This document shows positions 13,799 to 28,499 of a DNA stretch of 64,000 nucleotides, in pieces. The notes beneath the pieces were generated by a model. It was not told the origin of the DNA and searched no databases. It saw only the letters and a list, made by a program, of their open reading frames with translations. How positions within the stretch are numbered: position 1 is the stretch's first letter; every line of letters starts with the position of its first letter. The DNA is taken from contig JARFYF010000054.1 of the NCBI GenBank assembly GCA_030265395.1, positions 23,046,169 through 23,110,168 of the forward strand, in the 5' to 3' direction. A program made the position numbers and the translations under genes. This DNA comes from Rhina ancylostomus. Taxonomy: Eukaryota.

Positions 13799-14617
13799 TT
13801 ATTGTCTGCAGACTTAAGCCTGTTTGCACCAACCATTTTGTATGCAATTATAAAATGGATTAGGCCATAAAAACTTTGTTTCTGTGATGCTAATTAGACC
13901 CATTTACAATGATCACCTCCTTCCTAGCTTTCTTTGTGCTGCTTTGAATATAAGATTATGGAGCAATGTACTGTTCACCTGGTTGATGGGTCTCTGCAAT
14001 TCCGAATGAATGTTGGGAATTTGGACATGCATTGTTCACAATTTTCTGACCATTGGATTAAGTAGTCAGAAAATCAGCCCAGATTTCCACTCTGTTCCTC
14101 TGGTAGTTGTGATGCCCCAGCAGAAAAGTGAGGGCAGAAAGACAAGGCAGCCAAATGATAGAGTACAACATACTTTTTGTGAAGTTTCAGTAATGCATCT
14201 TCAGTTTCACTATAGATCTTCTGTTTATCAAGATGCCACTGTTCAAGTGGCATCGGCTGCTGCCCTTCTACTTGCGCCTTGAGTTTCTCAGCAAGAAAAC
14301 CCAGGGCTTTTGTGTGTAAATTTGCCATTAATTATCTGAATTGGTGGAATCCTGAAGTATTTCAACCTTGGAAGATAAATATAGCAAAAGGCTGGGGTGC
14401 TGGAACCAGACATGGACGGGATTTTACTTTATATTTCCCTCAGATTTATCTTCTATAGTGAATAGAACCCACTGTAATAGAGGGGACAGTCCAAAAGAAA
14501 TGGCCAGACCTGCCATAAAAAGACAGCACTTGCAGTGACTTAAAGTTTTTGTGCTTTTGATGGTCTTGTCCTACATAAAGGGGACTGAAGAGTTCCATGT
14601 ACCATATTTCCTTACGA

Positions 14618-15058
14618 CGTAGAAGAAGGCCATTTTAACTCATCAGGTCCATGCTTGCTTGCAGAGGAAACCCATCCCCTGCTAATTCACCTTGTAACCT
14701 ATTCTCCCTACATTCCCCTCAACTCCTCCCAGATTCCACTATTCACTTACATACAGTATTTGTGGAAAAATACAGTGGCTAATTCACCTTCCAATGTACA
14801 CATCTTGGAGGAAACTGGAGTACCCAAGAGAAGCCCATATGATCACANNNNNNNNNNNNNNNNNNNNNNNNNNNNNNNNNNNNNNNNNNNNNNNNNNNNN
14901 NNNNNNNNNNNNNNNNNNNNNNNNNNNNNNNNNNNNNNNNNNNNNNNATGATCACAGGGAGAACACACAAATTCCACACTGACAGCACCAAAGGTCGAGA
15001 TTGAATATGTGTTGCTGGAGCTATAAGGCAGCAGCCCTACGAGTTGCGCCAATGTGCC
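14618..15058 (-). mobile_element. HE1-like tRNA-derived SINE with CR1-type 3' tail (spans an N gap)
   Basis: gaggaaactggagtacccaagagaagccc...ggagaacacacaaattccacactgacagcacc...ctggagctataaggcagcagc is the reverse of the typical elasmobranch SINE head and body. Confidence 0.7.
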
Positions 15059-15439
15059 AAAAAAAGGAGAGAGACAAAACTAAAAATGGAGAACTTTCAA
15101 GAGTGAACCTCTCCTCAAATGACCATCTTATACTCAAGTCATATTTCTCCACCGAAATTAATGGGTATCCACTTGTAAAACTCCCAGATGTCATTCAGTG
15201 CAACTTAATCTTACGTTGTATCCTGTTCTTCCCTGTGACTGAGGAGATGCCCTTTCTCTGCTAGGCCAGTCTACTTGGTGAGGGACTCAACATGGGAGTC
15301 AAAAGTGATGATAATATCTGACAATATAGCTGCAGGTTCAGTGTGATAAATTGTTTTCTGCAGAACCTGAGGGCCACAGCAGGAGTGAATGCATATTTAC
15401 TGACCATAATTTGTTTCACGTGCTTTGATTCCTTTGCAG

Positions 15440-15484
15440 TTTGACAAATACCCAACAAAAGTCGATCCTTTCTACCGACACAGT
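15440..15484 (+). CDS. AUTS2: AUTS2 exon 10, 45 nt
   Basis: ttcctttgcag|FDKYPTKVDPFYRHS|gtgagt. Confidence 0.96.
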
Positions 15485-18400
15485 GTGAGTGAACTCACCA
15501 TTACACTAAGCTTGCTCCACCCTTGAAGCACTGTGTTAATTTAAAAATGAGTGTGAGAGTTTTACCTTTTATAGCCCATGCATCAAAATTTAAGAGGGAA
15601 TTGAATTGTTAGCAACTTGTTGGTTTGAATTGATAACTTTTGTGGATGTGCTCTGTTGGTAATATTTCCAACATTGTTCATAGATGGCTAAGTTAGTTTG
15701 GAGGTTGGGTAAAATGTGTTCATTTAAATAACACTATGACCAAACTAGTACTTTCTGGGGAGTCAGAGTACTTGTTCTAAAACACAAAAATACTGTGGAT
15801 CCAGTCAATTTAAAAATAATAATAGAACTGTTGAGCAGGTTAGGCAGTTTCTATGGAGAAGGAATGAGAACTCATTTTCAGGTCAATGACAGTTCATTAC
15901 CAAGTACTTGTTATATTGTTCTGATCTGTAAAAAAAGATATTGGAGTTGAACAACATGATGTTGTGGAAAAATTCCATATACGTTATTAGCTTTCAGTGT
16001 TGGGTGAAACCTGAAGGGACGTTAATGCTAAGCTCTTGAAGATTAATTTTGACTTTTCCCCTTCCTCTGAGACCACCTAATTCCACATGGTATAGAGACT
16101 TTGGAGAGGAGTCAGGTACCTGCACAAGTGCATGTGGAAGATGGGCTTCAGCTGATGTTGCACTGTGTTGGGCAGGAGAGAGGAAATGCTGCCTCATTTG
16201 ACAGCTGAGATCCAAACCTCGCTCATAGAGTACAGTACACCTCTGGTTGACCTGCAGATATTTTTTTAAAACAATTTAACTACTTTCCTGGCTAATTTCA
16301 GCAATCATTCCATCAGATGTTCTAATTCAGGGTATCAGATGTGCAGATTCTTGCAGACATTGGAGATCATTTTCTCCTCTGACCAGAGTGTTGTCCACAT
16401 GAGGTGAATCATTGTATTGCGTAAAGCCACAGATACTGGTGTCTGACTTTTATTTCCTCTGATATGGAAGGTTCCTCATGTCTTTCATAAGCTCCTAAGT
16501 GATTCAGATTCAACTTCACAGAAGTCAAATAAACAATTGAGGTTGGCTCCAGGCATAGATGGCTTTCTTTGCATAATGGTAGGAATGCTTTAACCCTTTG
16601 ATGCTCAGCTATTTCTGCGCTCCTCCAATCGACCAGCTCAAGATTTTGTGAGGCACCAGTGAATAAAACCAATACCTCAGTAATGTTATCTGATGTGATT
16701 CTTGTTTGTCTCCTGCATTTATAAAGATTTCAAATGGAGAAAGTCTTTGGAAACTCTGCTTCTTATTTGCCTCTGAGCTGGAGGGGCCCAAATTTAAGCC
16801 CAAGTCTATGCTCTGAAAACTAATGTCAACCAGGTCTGTAGATAGACTGCAAATGGCCATCTTGAACCTAGATTGGGATGGGGGTAGTGCCACCCAACAG
16901 AAGTCTATGTTCTCTCCAGCACCACCTGCAGCACTGCATTAAATCCTCAGTGGGTGCTGTTCATCACCATGGCCTGCCTTCTGCTCTTGAGTAGCATGAC
17001 AATTTTAAAGTACCTTTATCCCTTTAAAAGTCGGTGGAAATTGTGCTGTAAAAGGAGCTGTTTCTGTAACTGTCGTGCCTGAAACCTGATCAAATTTTGA
17101 GATAACAAAAGTAGAGTCAAGATGTGTCAGCTGAGGACCAGCTGAAGATATTCCTCTCATATTGCAGATACGGACTGAAAGGGGAAAAAAATGTATGATT
17201 ACCCAAGATCACTTATGAAGATCAGTAAATGACCAAAAATTAATAGGAAAAGGAAACTAACAAAGAACAATTGGGAATACTCACAGGCCTAATAGAAAGT
17301 TGTTACTTTTGAATTCTGTGATATTTCAGGATAATTGGACCTGTAAATTAGTTCCATATATAGTAGTTCTCAGTGCAGGTTTAATTTGGATAAAAGCAAA
17401 ACTCTCTTGGAACAAAATGGATAAGAATTGCTTGTGGCATTGTGGAAAAATTCATGTGTTGTAGTGAGGAGACACATGCCTTGTTCCATCACCATGTAGC
17501 TTTTGAGTGAAGGAGAGGAAAATCAGGTCCAGTTCTTACTGCCAGTTGCTGGTCAGTGGCTTAGACCAGAAATCATGTGCAGGTGGCTGTTAGTTGAGAA
17601 AAAGATTGGATTCCTCTCAATACATCCTTGTTATATGAGGAATAACCAAGCTGAAAGAAAGACCAGAGGGCTGCTAAGATCTATGGAAGGGGATCTTGGC
17701 ATAAGGCAGTGGTTCTGAACGAGGCAGAAAGGATATCAGGGAAGGAGGAGCTGAGGAATGTTCTTCTTTAAGTCACAATCCAACCATTTTGTGCATAAAT
17801 AACTGAGCAAATCTTGTATTTCTGGCAAATTGATTTTGGTAAGGACAGTCAAGAGCTCCTGATATTGTATGTCCAGATATTCTTAAAGGTCTTTACATGA
17901 TACTAGCCATCATTTCTGAATATAAACATAATGAGCCAACACAGAAGAATCAGGACACTAAAAAGCATGATTCAGCATAGATGGTGGGTGTGTTTCACAT
18001 CCTGTATAGGTTAAAATGAGTTGTTATAGCTTGCATTTAATATTTTTCTGTTCCAAGGTCATCCTTTTATGTGAGGCTTTGCTATCACAAAATATTTTCA
18101 AGCACTATTTTGTTGTAATGACTGAATTTGCCAAGAAATCATTACAATTAAAGTGGATCTTGAACTAATAGATTTCTCCAATACACAATGTTCATGTCCC
18201 TTGCCTTACTACAAATGCACAGAAAGAACACTTGTTATCTGCTCACAGGAAGTCCATCTGCTTATTATTATCTGCAAAGAGTAAGGACTTCACCCCAAAA
18301 AATGCACTATGAAGGAAAACGTGATGGGACATCACAGTAATTAATACATCAAGATGATAACTCCTTGTCAAAAAAAGGGTGAATTCAAACTGCAGCTAAG

Positions 18401-21400
18401 GGATGGAACAATGGAACAAAAATGCAGCTTGACTATGGATTGTCCATTTGCACCAGAGCCAATTCAAACTGAGAGCAGACACAGGAGGGGATGGTTTCCA
18501 ATTCAACTTCAGTGCTGCACCTGGTGCTCATCATTGAGTGCATTGTGCATTTTAATTCACATCAGAGCCTAGCCTTCAGAAACCATATCCTTTCTGATGA
18601 TTTAAACAGTCTGGATATCAAAGGCGTATGGAATTTCTCTTGAACTAATCACAACAGTCAGAAATATAAAGGCTACAATCTATTTCACAGACTGAATCCA
18701 ATCAAGTTACCACTTCTACTTGCATTCCTACGCAGCTTCTTGCACTCAGTATGATTTTTTTTAGAAGAAGCAAAATTAAACTTTGTGATCATTGAAGTAT
18801 TTTAAATGAAGTGCTGAGTATTGCTGATGTCTGATAGTTTTCAATTGAGGCTTAAGGAGCCTCCATAAAGCAACAGGAATCCCTTACTAACACACATGGA
18901 TTTGGCACTATGCTTAGTTTGAATTTTGAAGTGGAGGATTTTGGAGGCCCAGTTAAGAAGTTTTGAGAGAAGTGGTGTTCATTATGTAAATTATTCATTG
19001 AGAAACAAAGGAATAACATGAGAGTTATAGGAAAATAAGAACAGATTTTGCTTAGTGCCTGGCTGTGAAGAAGAAAAGAAGGTTGATGATTTGACCATGT
19101 ACGAGTCATCAGAGTTTACTGGTTCAAAGAATGGTTAGAGAATGCCGGTCTTGTGTTTTAGAAGAGAGTGGAAAGAGGGGTAAGAACTTTGCAAGACTGA
19201 GATCCCTGGGATTCAGTGGGTCAGAACAGGAGGACAGAGCGGCAAGGATAGGCTGGAACACAAGGAGCATATAAAGAAAATTATGGCTATATCTTGCTAA
19301 TCATGATGTCATCAGCTGATCACAGGCCAACCAATGAAGAAAATGGCATATTGAATTATATCCCACCTATTTGTCAAAAGGGTATGGCTTCTTTCAATCA
19401 TTATCAATCTGATTGGGTCCTTACTTATCCAAATAGGGTTGTTGTACCCCTGAGATCTCACTTTACAGACAGTGCTTCAAGGGTTTTTAATCATTATTGT
19501 GAGCTGCTCTTTGACTGTGCTACAATCGTCAGTATTCACACAGCAGAGCTGCTTTCCTACTTCATTCTCAAATCTCTTGCATCTAAAGCTTCGCTTGGTT
19601 ATTGGTGTGCTTCCATGCAATACACACACTCCAGTAAGTTGCTGATCAGTTGCAGAGCTTATAAGTAGTAACAAAATGAAGCATCTTAGCTGAGTGATGA
19701 AGCCAGTGCTCTCAGAGGCCTATCTTGTGTTTTTATAGTTGAATGTTCCACTCCAAAATAAGAGGGAACTTTTTTAGAATTTACAACCTTTCTGCCTTTG
19801 TGAAGGTTTTAACAATTTTTTTTAGCACACTGGTGATTCCCCTAACCTAGTCTTTAGCTATAGATTAAATACCACTTTAACTGTGTAAAGTGGAACCCAG
19901 GAAATGAGATGTCCTTTGAGCAAATATGCAAGTCTCCAAATGAGTTAAAAGTCATCATACTGAAAAGTTCTCGACAGGCTTTACACTGATTGGGAAGTAT
20001 CCAATTAATTGGAAATTCTTCATTGATTTTTGTTCCATGTTTTCTAGCACCTTACAGCTGCAGCTAATCTGATTGTCCAAAATATCAAATTATTAGTTTC
20101 AGAAGTATCTATTTTACTTGTAATCAAATGAAGTCTTAAAGAGATTTCAGCAAGTTTTTTATATTGGGGTATCACAGAATAAAGAACATGGTCTTCAGTT
20201 GCAAGCAATGACCACTTCTTACCTATAATAGAATGATCTGCAATTGATGGTAGATTCATGGAGATTTTTTAATAAAACCATTTGTAGCCTTAATTGGCTT
20301 CTACTTTCCAGAAAGTTACATTGAAAAAATAATTGAAATTTATTACAAAGAGATGAATCTTAGTGCACATAAAAAGATGTAGGTAGTTTGTGAAGTCAGT
20401 ATTCTGTGCTTTAATCTGCTCAAGATTTGCATCCGTCCTTCAGTAATAGGATCAAAAGGGAATAATGTGTCTGGTCAGGCAACATTTTTCATAGAAAAAG
20501 CAGGATTGAGTTAGATTTCATTGAACCCCATCTTCTAGAGATCACATCTGTTAAAAGTTAAGGGACTATCCAGTTTCAGTATTACTGATAGATCATTCTT
20601 GGAGAAAGCCAATTCAAACATTACTTATTGAATATACAGTGCTTACTTTAGTTTATCATAACTTTAGATGGTAGTCAATGGAAGCTATGTGTTCCACATT
20701 TTAAGTGGCTGTATCCCTGAGCAAACTCTATGTAAGGCATGGCAGAATTTCCTCACTGGCTGTCGTGAAGCAGTTTCTTTATTTGAGCATAGTCAAAATA
20801 TTTGATTTAATTCAGTTACTACTTCTAAGCTGAGTTCTCCATGCCAATAATCAGTAACAGCCATACATTTTCTTTGCCGCTCTTGCTGCTTTCCATTGCA
20901 CTGGATTTATCTGCAGCATACATAACTTCCACAAACTAAACCTTGTTCTGGATTGTGCTTGGACCTGGAATTAAAGATTTAAGTCCAATGGTTGATCATT
21001 CAACCAGGGTAAGAGCCCCCTAAGCTAATTACATACCTGATGTGATCAGGGTTCGAAAGTTCTATTAGTCTTGTGTTATGGCAATATTGGTGGGGTGAAT
21101 ATATTAAAGATAAGTTTCTTATGAGAGCAGACATGGGAGGGGATGGTTTCTGAGAAAGAGCATGGATTATCGAAGCAAAGATGTTTGCCATGCATGGCTG
21201 AAATGTACTGTATGTAATAAAATTGCCAGTACTGAAATAACATCAATCTCTAAAATTCTGGCTTCTATTCTTTACGTGGCTCAAATTTATTCCCAGACTG
21301 CTAGATCTGATTAGTAGGTGGCCTCNNNNNNNNNNNNNNNNACAAATTAAATTGCTGCCTTAAAATCCTAGAGGAGATAGAAGTTTTTGTTTTTGGGAAA

Positions 21401-23116
21401 GTGATGCTTTTGGAACGGTAAGTGATGGTCCTCTTTTGCTCAGTTTTGGTCAATTTTGCTTGTGATAGTACTTCTCATGCCCAGTTAACCATGGCTGATT
21501 CCCTTCATCCTTCTATGGAAAATACCATGACAAGGCTGTCATTTTCCATAAAGAGGAAGAAGTAAATCTAAGGAGAGGCTATCCATCTACTTTTGTGTAT
21601 CCCTGTGTGTCCAACACATAGGTGTTACTGGCAGAGCTTTTGGTACAGGTAAATTTCATCTGCTCTCTCATTGATAGTCCAAACACAGGTTATTAAGTTA
21701 GAACTTTTAGCATTATTGTACAAACCCCCCCCCCCTCAGATGTAATGTCTAATGTGATGGAAAAAGTTTATTTTGTGTCTGAATTGTAAAACCTCCATGA
21801 ATCGCAGGTTCTTGCACTCCCCATTACATACGTTGGTTGCTAATAATCCTTGCATATTGCATCTTTACTTCCAGCAGGAGGCGATTTCACCAGTATTCTC
21901 CAAGCTATGCACACCAGCCCGCAGATCCTTTGTCTAATTTACCATTTCTTTACAATGGGAACCCTGAGCCAATTCTTAAGTGAAAGTGTGCTAATCAGGT
22001 TCTGTAAGAATTTTGAAGCTGAGTCATCTGATCCACAACACATGTTGAGTTGAGGCAGGCCACCTATTTTCTGTAATCTGCAGTGTTTTCTTTCATACCT
22101 GATAATTAATAATGAGTAAAGTACCAGTCCTGTGGTAAGTTGAAGCATTTCTCTTCTACAAAGAGTATAACATTATCTGTTACAAGCTTGAAATCACAAA
22201 ATGTAAGCAAAGGATGAGTGTTTGCTCAATCTTTTGATCCGTCTTATCCGAAAGGATTTGAATGCTCTCAGAGTAGTGTGATTTAATATACAGCTGAATT
22301 CAAATACAGATTACAGACATGCCCCATTAGCTTGAGGAAATAAAGTCTGAGAAAGAAAGTTAGTATTGATATAGCTTAGTTTTCCTTATCCTAGAGTAGT
22401 TGATTGTTAAATTCTTGCCGTTGCTCCTGATGGCAGTGATAACAGGAATTGAATACAAATGATCTCCATCCCATTCAAATTCAAGGGTTGAAAGACTTGG
22501 ACGGAGCCATTTCAGTTTTTGCAGATCCTATTTCAGTTTTGCTGCTTTGGCTCCCGTGTGCTATGAAATATCATTCTTATGGAGCAATGTTCCCATAAAA
22601 ATATATTAATATCCTTGAAAAGGACATGTGCCAAGGTTTCCATGTGAATAGCTTCTTTGCCAGGGAGAGCATGTGGAGAGCTTAGACCTATAAAGAGCTT
22701 TTTCAAGAGCACAATATTTCCTTGTGTTTGTTCATGTCAGCACACGCTGCCATTAGCAACAGGAGGGAAATGTGGTGAAAGACCATCAAGTGTTTGGCCA
22801 TTTTACAGTAGCATGCTGATAAATAGGTCAATTTAGAAAGGATTTGTGATTTTTGGAGGCACTGAGTTGGATCTAGAGCCTTTGGGTGTGTGGGCACCCA
22901 TTTCTTGTTTCAGCCTTCAAAGCAGCAGAAAATTAAATCTGGTTTGCTGATTGGCTTCAAGATGCTGGTGAAACCAAATCCTGACTCAAAGAACTCTTCT
23001 CGCATTTTAAGTTGAGCATGTGGCATATAGCAGAAAAGGTGCTAAATGTTTTGCTCGCTGTGCTTAATTGTTGGATTCAGCAAATCTGAAGCATTCCTCC
23101 TTTTTCTTTCCCACAG

Positions 23117-23212
23117 TTGTTTCATTCCTATCCTCCGTCCATGGCTGGAATTTCTCCCATGATTCCACCTACAGGTCCTTTTGGTTCTCTGCAAGGAGCG
23201 TTTCAGCCGAAG
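23117..23212 (+). CDS. AUTS2: AUTS2 exon 11, 96 nt
   Basis: tttctttcccacag|[32 protein letters not shown]|gtaacc. Confidence 0.96.
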
Positions 23213-25191
23213 GTAACCCTGAAATCTCTTTGCCAATATCTTTTTCTTTGCAATCCTGTTTTTCCAATGTGAGCATTATCAATCATCGAAAGCCTGGGAA
23301 CTGGGAACTGTTGTTGCTTGGATCCTGAAGTGAGGTGAATCCTGGTACCCTGAACCTTCATGAGATAACTGTGTATCATTTCCATGTTCTGAACTAGTCT
23401 TTCAAACCACCTAATGGGGAAAGATATTTGGTAAACTCTCTGGATTTGCTGAAAGGGAAAATCTGGTACTTGGAGCACAGTCATACTTTGATTACTGTGA
23501 TGAACATTGAGCTCGTCATGCCCCACATAAGAAGGTTAATTGCATTATGTCCTCACTGACATTCCCGCTCTCATTTGTATTTCTAAAACTAAAGCTTTGC
23601 TTCTCTGAAGCATTGATATTTGTGCATCTGCTTCAAAAGTGTATAAAATTGGAAGCAATTATAATTTGCAAACAATGTAATTGTAGAAATGGGTTTCCTT
23701 TAAAATCCCAAATAAAAATGTGTAAGGAATTGGGGTAATAATAGCAGAAGTTGGGGGAGGGGTGTGGTGACAGTGGAGGGAGGGTAGGCGGGGTTGGTGG
23801 CAGTGGTGGAAGAGGATGGCAGCACGTGTGTGGTGACGGTGAAGGGGGGATTTGTGGTCGGGGAATGATGGCAGCAGGATTCTCGAAAGTGTATCCCTGA
23901 ACACTTGAGAGAATCAGGAAATTTCGAGTCATACAGCACAGCCACTCGGCCTATAAGCCATCAGAATGCACACTGAGATTTAAAAGCCAATGCTCTTTTG
24001 AAGCAGTGTAGGTGCTGAATCAGTTATCAGTTATCCTCTTGCTCTGTGTGCATACTGTTATGTAATTACTGTACATACTTGTCAATAAATAGGACTCGTT
24101 TTATTCAGGTGCTGGTATTTTAGGGGGAAGGGGCTGCGGGATGTGGTGGATCCCACAGATGATGAAATAACAACCAAAAATGCTGAAATGTCCATCAGGT
24201 CATGCGGCATCTGCAGCGACAGAGAAGCAGAGCTAATATTGCAGTAGAACCAGTCAGTCGTGACACAAACAGTAAAGTGGAGGATGTGATGCATAGCCCC
24301 TGTACTTTCCAGTTCATTCCTCGCTGAAAGGGTAATGGTTAGGTGCATCTCATGTTCCATTCACGGCCTGATGACAGTTAAGGATCTTGCTTCCAAAGAA
24401 ACACTGCTGAGCGGTTCGTCAGCTTCTTAGGTGAAATGTATGTAAAAAGGCCAGAAATGTAACAGCCACATTCAGTTTCGATCTTAATATACCTCAATGT
24501 GATCTATCGGAAAAGAAACAGAATATGTATTTTTGATTTATACCTTATAAACCATTTCATTTGAAGAATGATCCAAGGATCGTCTTTATTTTATCATGGG
24601 GATATGTTATGCATCTAGAAATTTTGAGTTTTACCAAGTCAAGCACAGTGAAGTATCTTTTCAGGAAAGTGTCCCACAAAAATCCTCCTTCAGTTGTCAC
24701 ACAGTGGAATAATGCTTCCAGTAACCATGGCGTGATGGGTGACCCACCCTGGTGCAGGATCCCAGCTAAATGAAGAGTGATTTTGTGATTCTAGGCATAA
24801 AAGAGATGTTAAGACCACAGAATTTCTCTTTATTATAAATGTCACACCTTGTACACACGTTCCTAAAAGCTTTAACATTTCTATGGCTGTTACCAGTTAT
24901 TTTTCTGAGTGGCTTTTCTGAGCAATCACTTTTTATTCTCAAATTTATTATGACCCATCAATTTTTAAAAACATCCCTCCTTTTTTGATTCCAATACAAT
25001 ATTGACACCTGATTGCTTCTAGTTTCAATTTTTTGAGACATTTTGGAAATTGTTAAAACAACTGAGAAGCCTGAGCAATAATGAAACTCAGATTTACACT
25101 TCCACGTGTAAACGTTGTTATCTGAGGAATTCATTAATTGAATTCATCCATTACTGTCTAATTCTGTAAAAGCATTACCATGATTGTCATT

Positions 25192-25460
25192 ACACACAAA
25201 ATACTGGAGGAACTCAACAGGTCAGGCAGTATCTATGGAGGGCAATAAACAGTTGACATTTTGAGTCGAGACCCTTCATCAAGACTGGAAAGGAAGAGGG
25301 CAGAAGCCAGAATAAGGTGGTCAGGGATGGGGGTGGGGGGAAGCACAGGCTGGCAGGTGACAGGTGAGTCCAGGTGAGAGGGGAAAGGTGACCTGCTGAT
25401 TTCCTCCAGCATGTTGTGTGTGTTGCTCCAGATTCCAGCATCTGCAGAATCTCTTGTGTC
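25192..25460. mobile_element. Non-autonomous PLE-terminal-repeat element with inverted arms
   Basis: acacacaaaatactggaggaactcaacaggtca ... tgacctgctgatttcctccagcatgttgtgtgtgt; related copies near 7975-8115, 15790-15890, 24175-24245, 38625-38755, 50385-50480. Confidence 0.65.
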
Positions 25461-26679
25461 CCCATGATTGCCATAACAAAATTAATAAATATAATTAGAA
25501 CAATTCAACTTTAGTCTGTTTAGTTAGAAATATTCTTGGGATTTACCTTCCTGAGGGTTAATTTCATTTTTTGGTGGATTTATATGTTGCACAGGCAAAT
25601 ATTACAGATACATTCCAGCAATCTGGTCAGAAATAGTGCATTTCTTACAAGCAACTTTTATTCTATAGGTATTACGTTCTAACTTTAAATGGTTAGAGGT
25701 TAAATGTACAGGAAACTACAGAAACAGAGTTCCTCATCCACCATTTTAATCCATCTTATTGAACTCCTGACATGGATTCTCTTGCGGTCTCTCAGTAAAC
25801 AGTGGGAGATCTCACCACATTCAAATGAATGGAGAGTGGGTTTGTCAGTGTGTTCTCCTATAGTGTTTCTAATATTGGATCCGTGTTTAAATATAGTGCA
25901 GATTTTGAAAATCCAACATGAAGAGAGTTTGGGTAGTTCCAAAGGTAATTCCATTTGGCTATGAGTCTGCAGCTATATCACACTCATTTTAGTGGTGCAA
26001 ACAGATATGAAACCAAAGAAAGGATTGGTTCATATTTTGCCCAAGCCTGCAAGAAAATAAGGTCAATGTGGCAGTTGAAAAACTGCTCATTTATCCAAGT
26101 TGGGATAAAGTGAAGAGAAAATGGTGGCCACATCCCCTATAATTTGACATTATTTGGACAGGGTCTGACAGGAAAACGAAAGGGTAGCAACTGGAAAATG
26201 TTTGGAGTTCAAGCAGTCGGAGGAGCTTTCTCTGAAAGTGGGATCAATGCACACTGTTGATGGTGTGTAGACAGTGTACATGGTCGGCACAGACACGGTG
26301 GGCCGAAAGGCCTGTTCCTGCGCTGTACTGTTCCTTACTGGTATTCTTGGTGTCTTAAATGGGAATTGTTACTTTTATTAACATTAGTACTCCTTGTCTC
26401 AATTTTGCAAGTTTTCTAAAGCAGTGGACTGAAGATGAATGATTGGTATGATGTTTACACAACAACCAAAATAGGAGGAGAATCCAATAGTTCCCACACA
26501 GGTTAAACGTGAATAAAAGGCGCCAGGAATGAGCAGGAGTAAGGTGCTGTTTCCTCCTCAGAAAATGGCGCTTTGTTCTCCTACAGTTGCAAGTCTAAAC
26601 ATTTCACCTGCTCCACAGAGCTGTCAGAAATGGTTTTTTGATCTTCCACTTTAATAGGCTTTTCTATCTTCCTCCACAG

Positions 26680-26751
26680 ACCTCCAATCCCATTGATGTG
26701 GCAGGAAGGCCTGGAGCTGTTCCCCATACCCTCCTGCAGAAAGACCCCAGG
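26680..26751 (+). CDS. AUTS2: AUTS2 exon 12, 72 nt
   Basis: cttcctccacag|[24 protein letters not shown]|gtattt. Confidence 0.95.
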
Positions 26752-27129
26752 GTATTTGTTGCCTGATTTCTATAAAAGCTATGTCTTCATAATCCATTTT
26801 TTATAAGTGCAGTAACCTTGGATAACTTGTTTCTCCTTTCTGCCATATTGTCGTGCTGTTAAGATAGGTTTTAAATGTTTCATTAATCCAGTAAATCGTC
26901 TGTGGTGGGATTGCAAATATTTACTTTAAGTGTTAATTGCATCCATTTACTTTCCAACCAGTGAAGTGACCTGAGAGTTGTTACACCCATTACCACGTTG
27001 ATAGTTGGTGACCAATTTCAGACCCGCAGAAATGATAAGGAATTCAAGACTCCAGGCAAGATTACCAACATTAGAATAAAACTGAACAATCCTAAGAATT
27101 AGGAGCAGGAATACAACATACAAGAACAT

Positions 27130-27470
27130 TTATTCTGTTATGAAATGCTCAACCTGAAAAAGGACTGGAAGCAGATTCAGTAATAACTTTCAAGAGGGAA
27201 TTAGATAAAACGGGAGAGACTTTGCAGAGCCCCAGGGAGCGGGCAAAGGAGTGGGACCAATTGGAGAGTTCTGTCCAGATGTCAGCTGAAGCACAGTCGG
27301 CAGAATGTCCTCCTTCCTCACTGTAAGGTTGCACGATTCCACTTGTATTGGAAAATCACGAAAGTAAATAGGTCTGAGCAAAGGGCGTAAAAGTATGATT
27401 GAGTCATTCCATCAGAAGTGGTAGTAGCATGGGCATGATGGGCCAAATAGCTGCTCTCAGTGTTGTACTT
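27130..27470 (+). mobile_element. CR1 LINE 3' ends (two tails)
   Basis: gaagcagattcagtaataactttcaagagggaattagat (E.DS.ITFKRELD) plus two cct.ct.ct.tgctgta-like tails. Confidence 0.6.
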
Positions 27471-28499
27471 TCTTCTTTTATAGAGGTGAAGAAATTAATG
27501 TTAAGTCCCTGTATGTGACAGGTGTACATCCATACTGCTGAATAGTTGTCAGGTGCACATCATAATAGATCCACAACTTGAAAAGTCCCTTTCCTGTATT
27601 TCAATGTTACAGTTTGGGAACTGGCTTCATTAGTATTCATCCTTCACTCAAGACTTTGTTTTGTTCGAGACTTGCTAGGGACAGGGTAAGGGATGCCAGG
27701 CAGTTGGGTTTGGGAGATGACTTATAAAACAAATGTTGGAATTTTCTGATCCTACATACGAATTATCATCTAAATATGATATGGATTCTTTTCCCAATTG
27801 ACTGCACAGTTTAATATTCTGCACTATTTAGCACTCATTAAAGAATCTTGCTCAGAAGGTACAGAAGGACACATGGCGTGGGATTTGACAGTATCACTCA
27901 ATTAGAGGAGAAACTGGTCATCTGAGACTTGAGCATTGCTCTTGGTGGTGTATAGGGTGCCCATAAATATCCAAGACATGTAAGACTTGACAAGGCGATG
28001 CTTGATGCTGTCTGAGGACAAAGGATTTCTGCAGTAGTTGCACTTCATGTTTTGTGAGTTAAGATGAGGTTGTGAAATGTAATGATTCTGAATAAATTTC
28101 AATCAGTGCACTCAGCAGCTGTGATACCAGTATCAATCTACCCATGGATGACAATGCTGATCTTTTAGATTACCCTTTACAGTGTTGTGACACATGGGAT
28201 TTGATTTCTTGCCCTCTAAATCAGCACATGAAAGGTTAAGTTGGTATTACCCCAGTGTTACACGTACACATCAGTTCACTTCCAAATATTTAGCTGCAGT
28301 ACTCTTAATTTTGGCAAACAGAAGAAAATGAGAACAGTGGGAGATTTGAGTTAAGTGGAAGAGGTGCATGTGATGATGTGCACTGTTGATAGGCGATTAG
28401 TAGGGTTTTCTTTCACTCAGTGAAGAATGTATTTATTTTAATAAGCCACAAGCTGTGTATCATAGGCTGCCTTTATTTTGGCAACTTGAGCTTATTCAA

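Noticed and set aside
14232-14254. Perfect 9-bp hairpin gatgccact-gttca-agtggcatc in intron 9
   Set aside because: A stem this short is expected by chance in 64 kb; conservation cannot be assessed here
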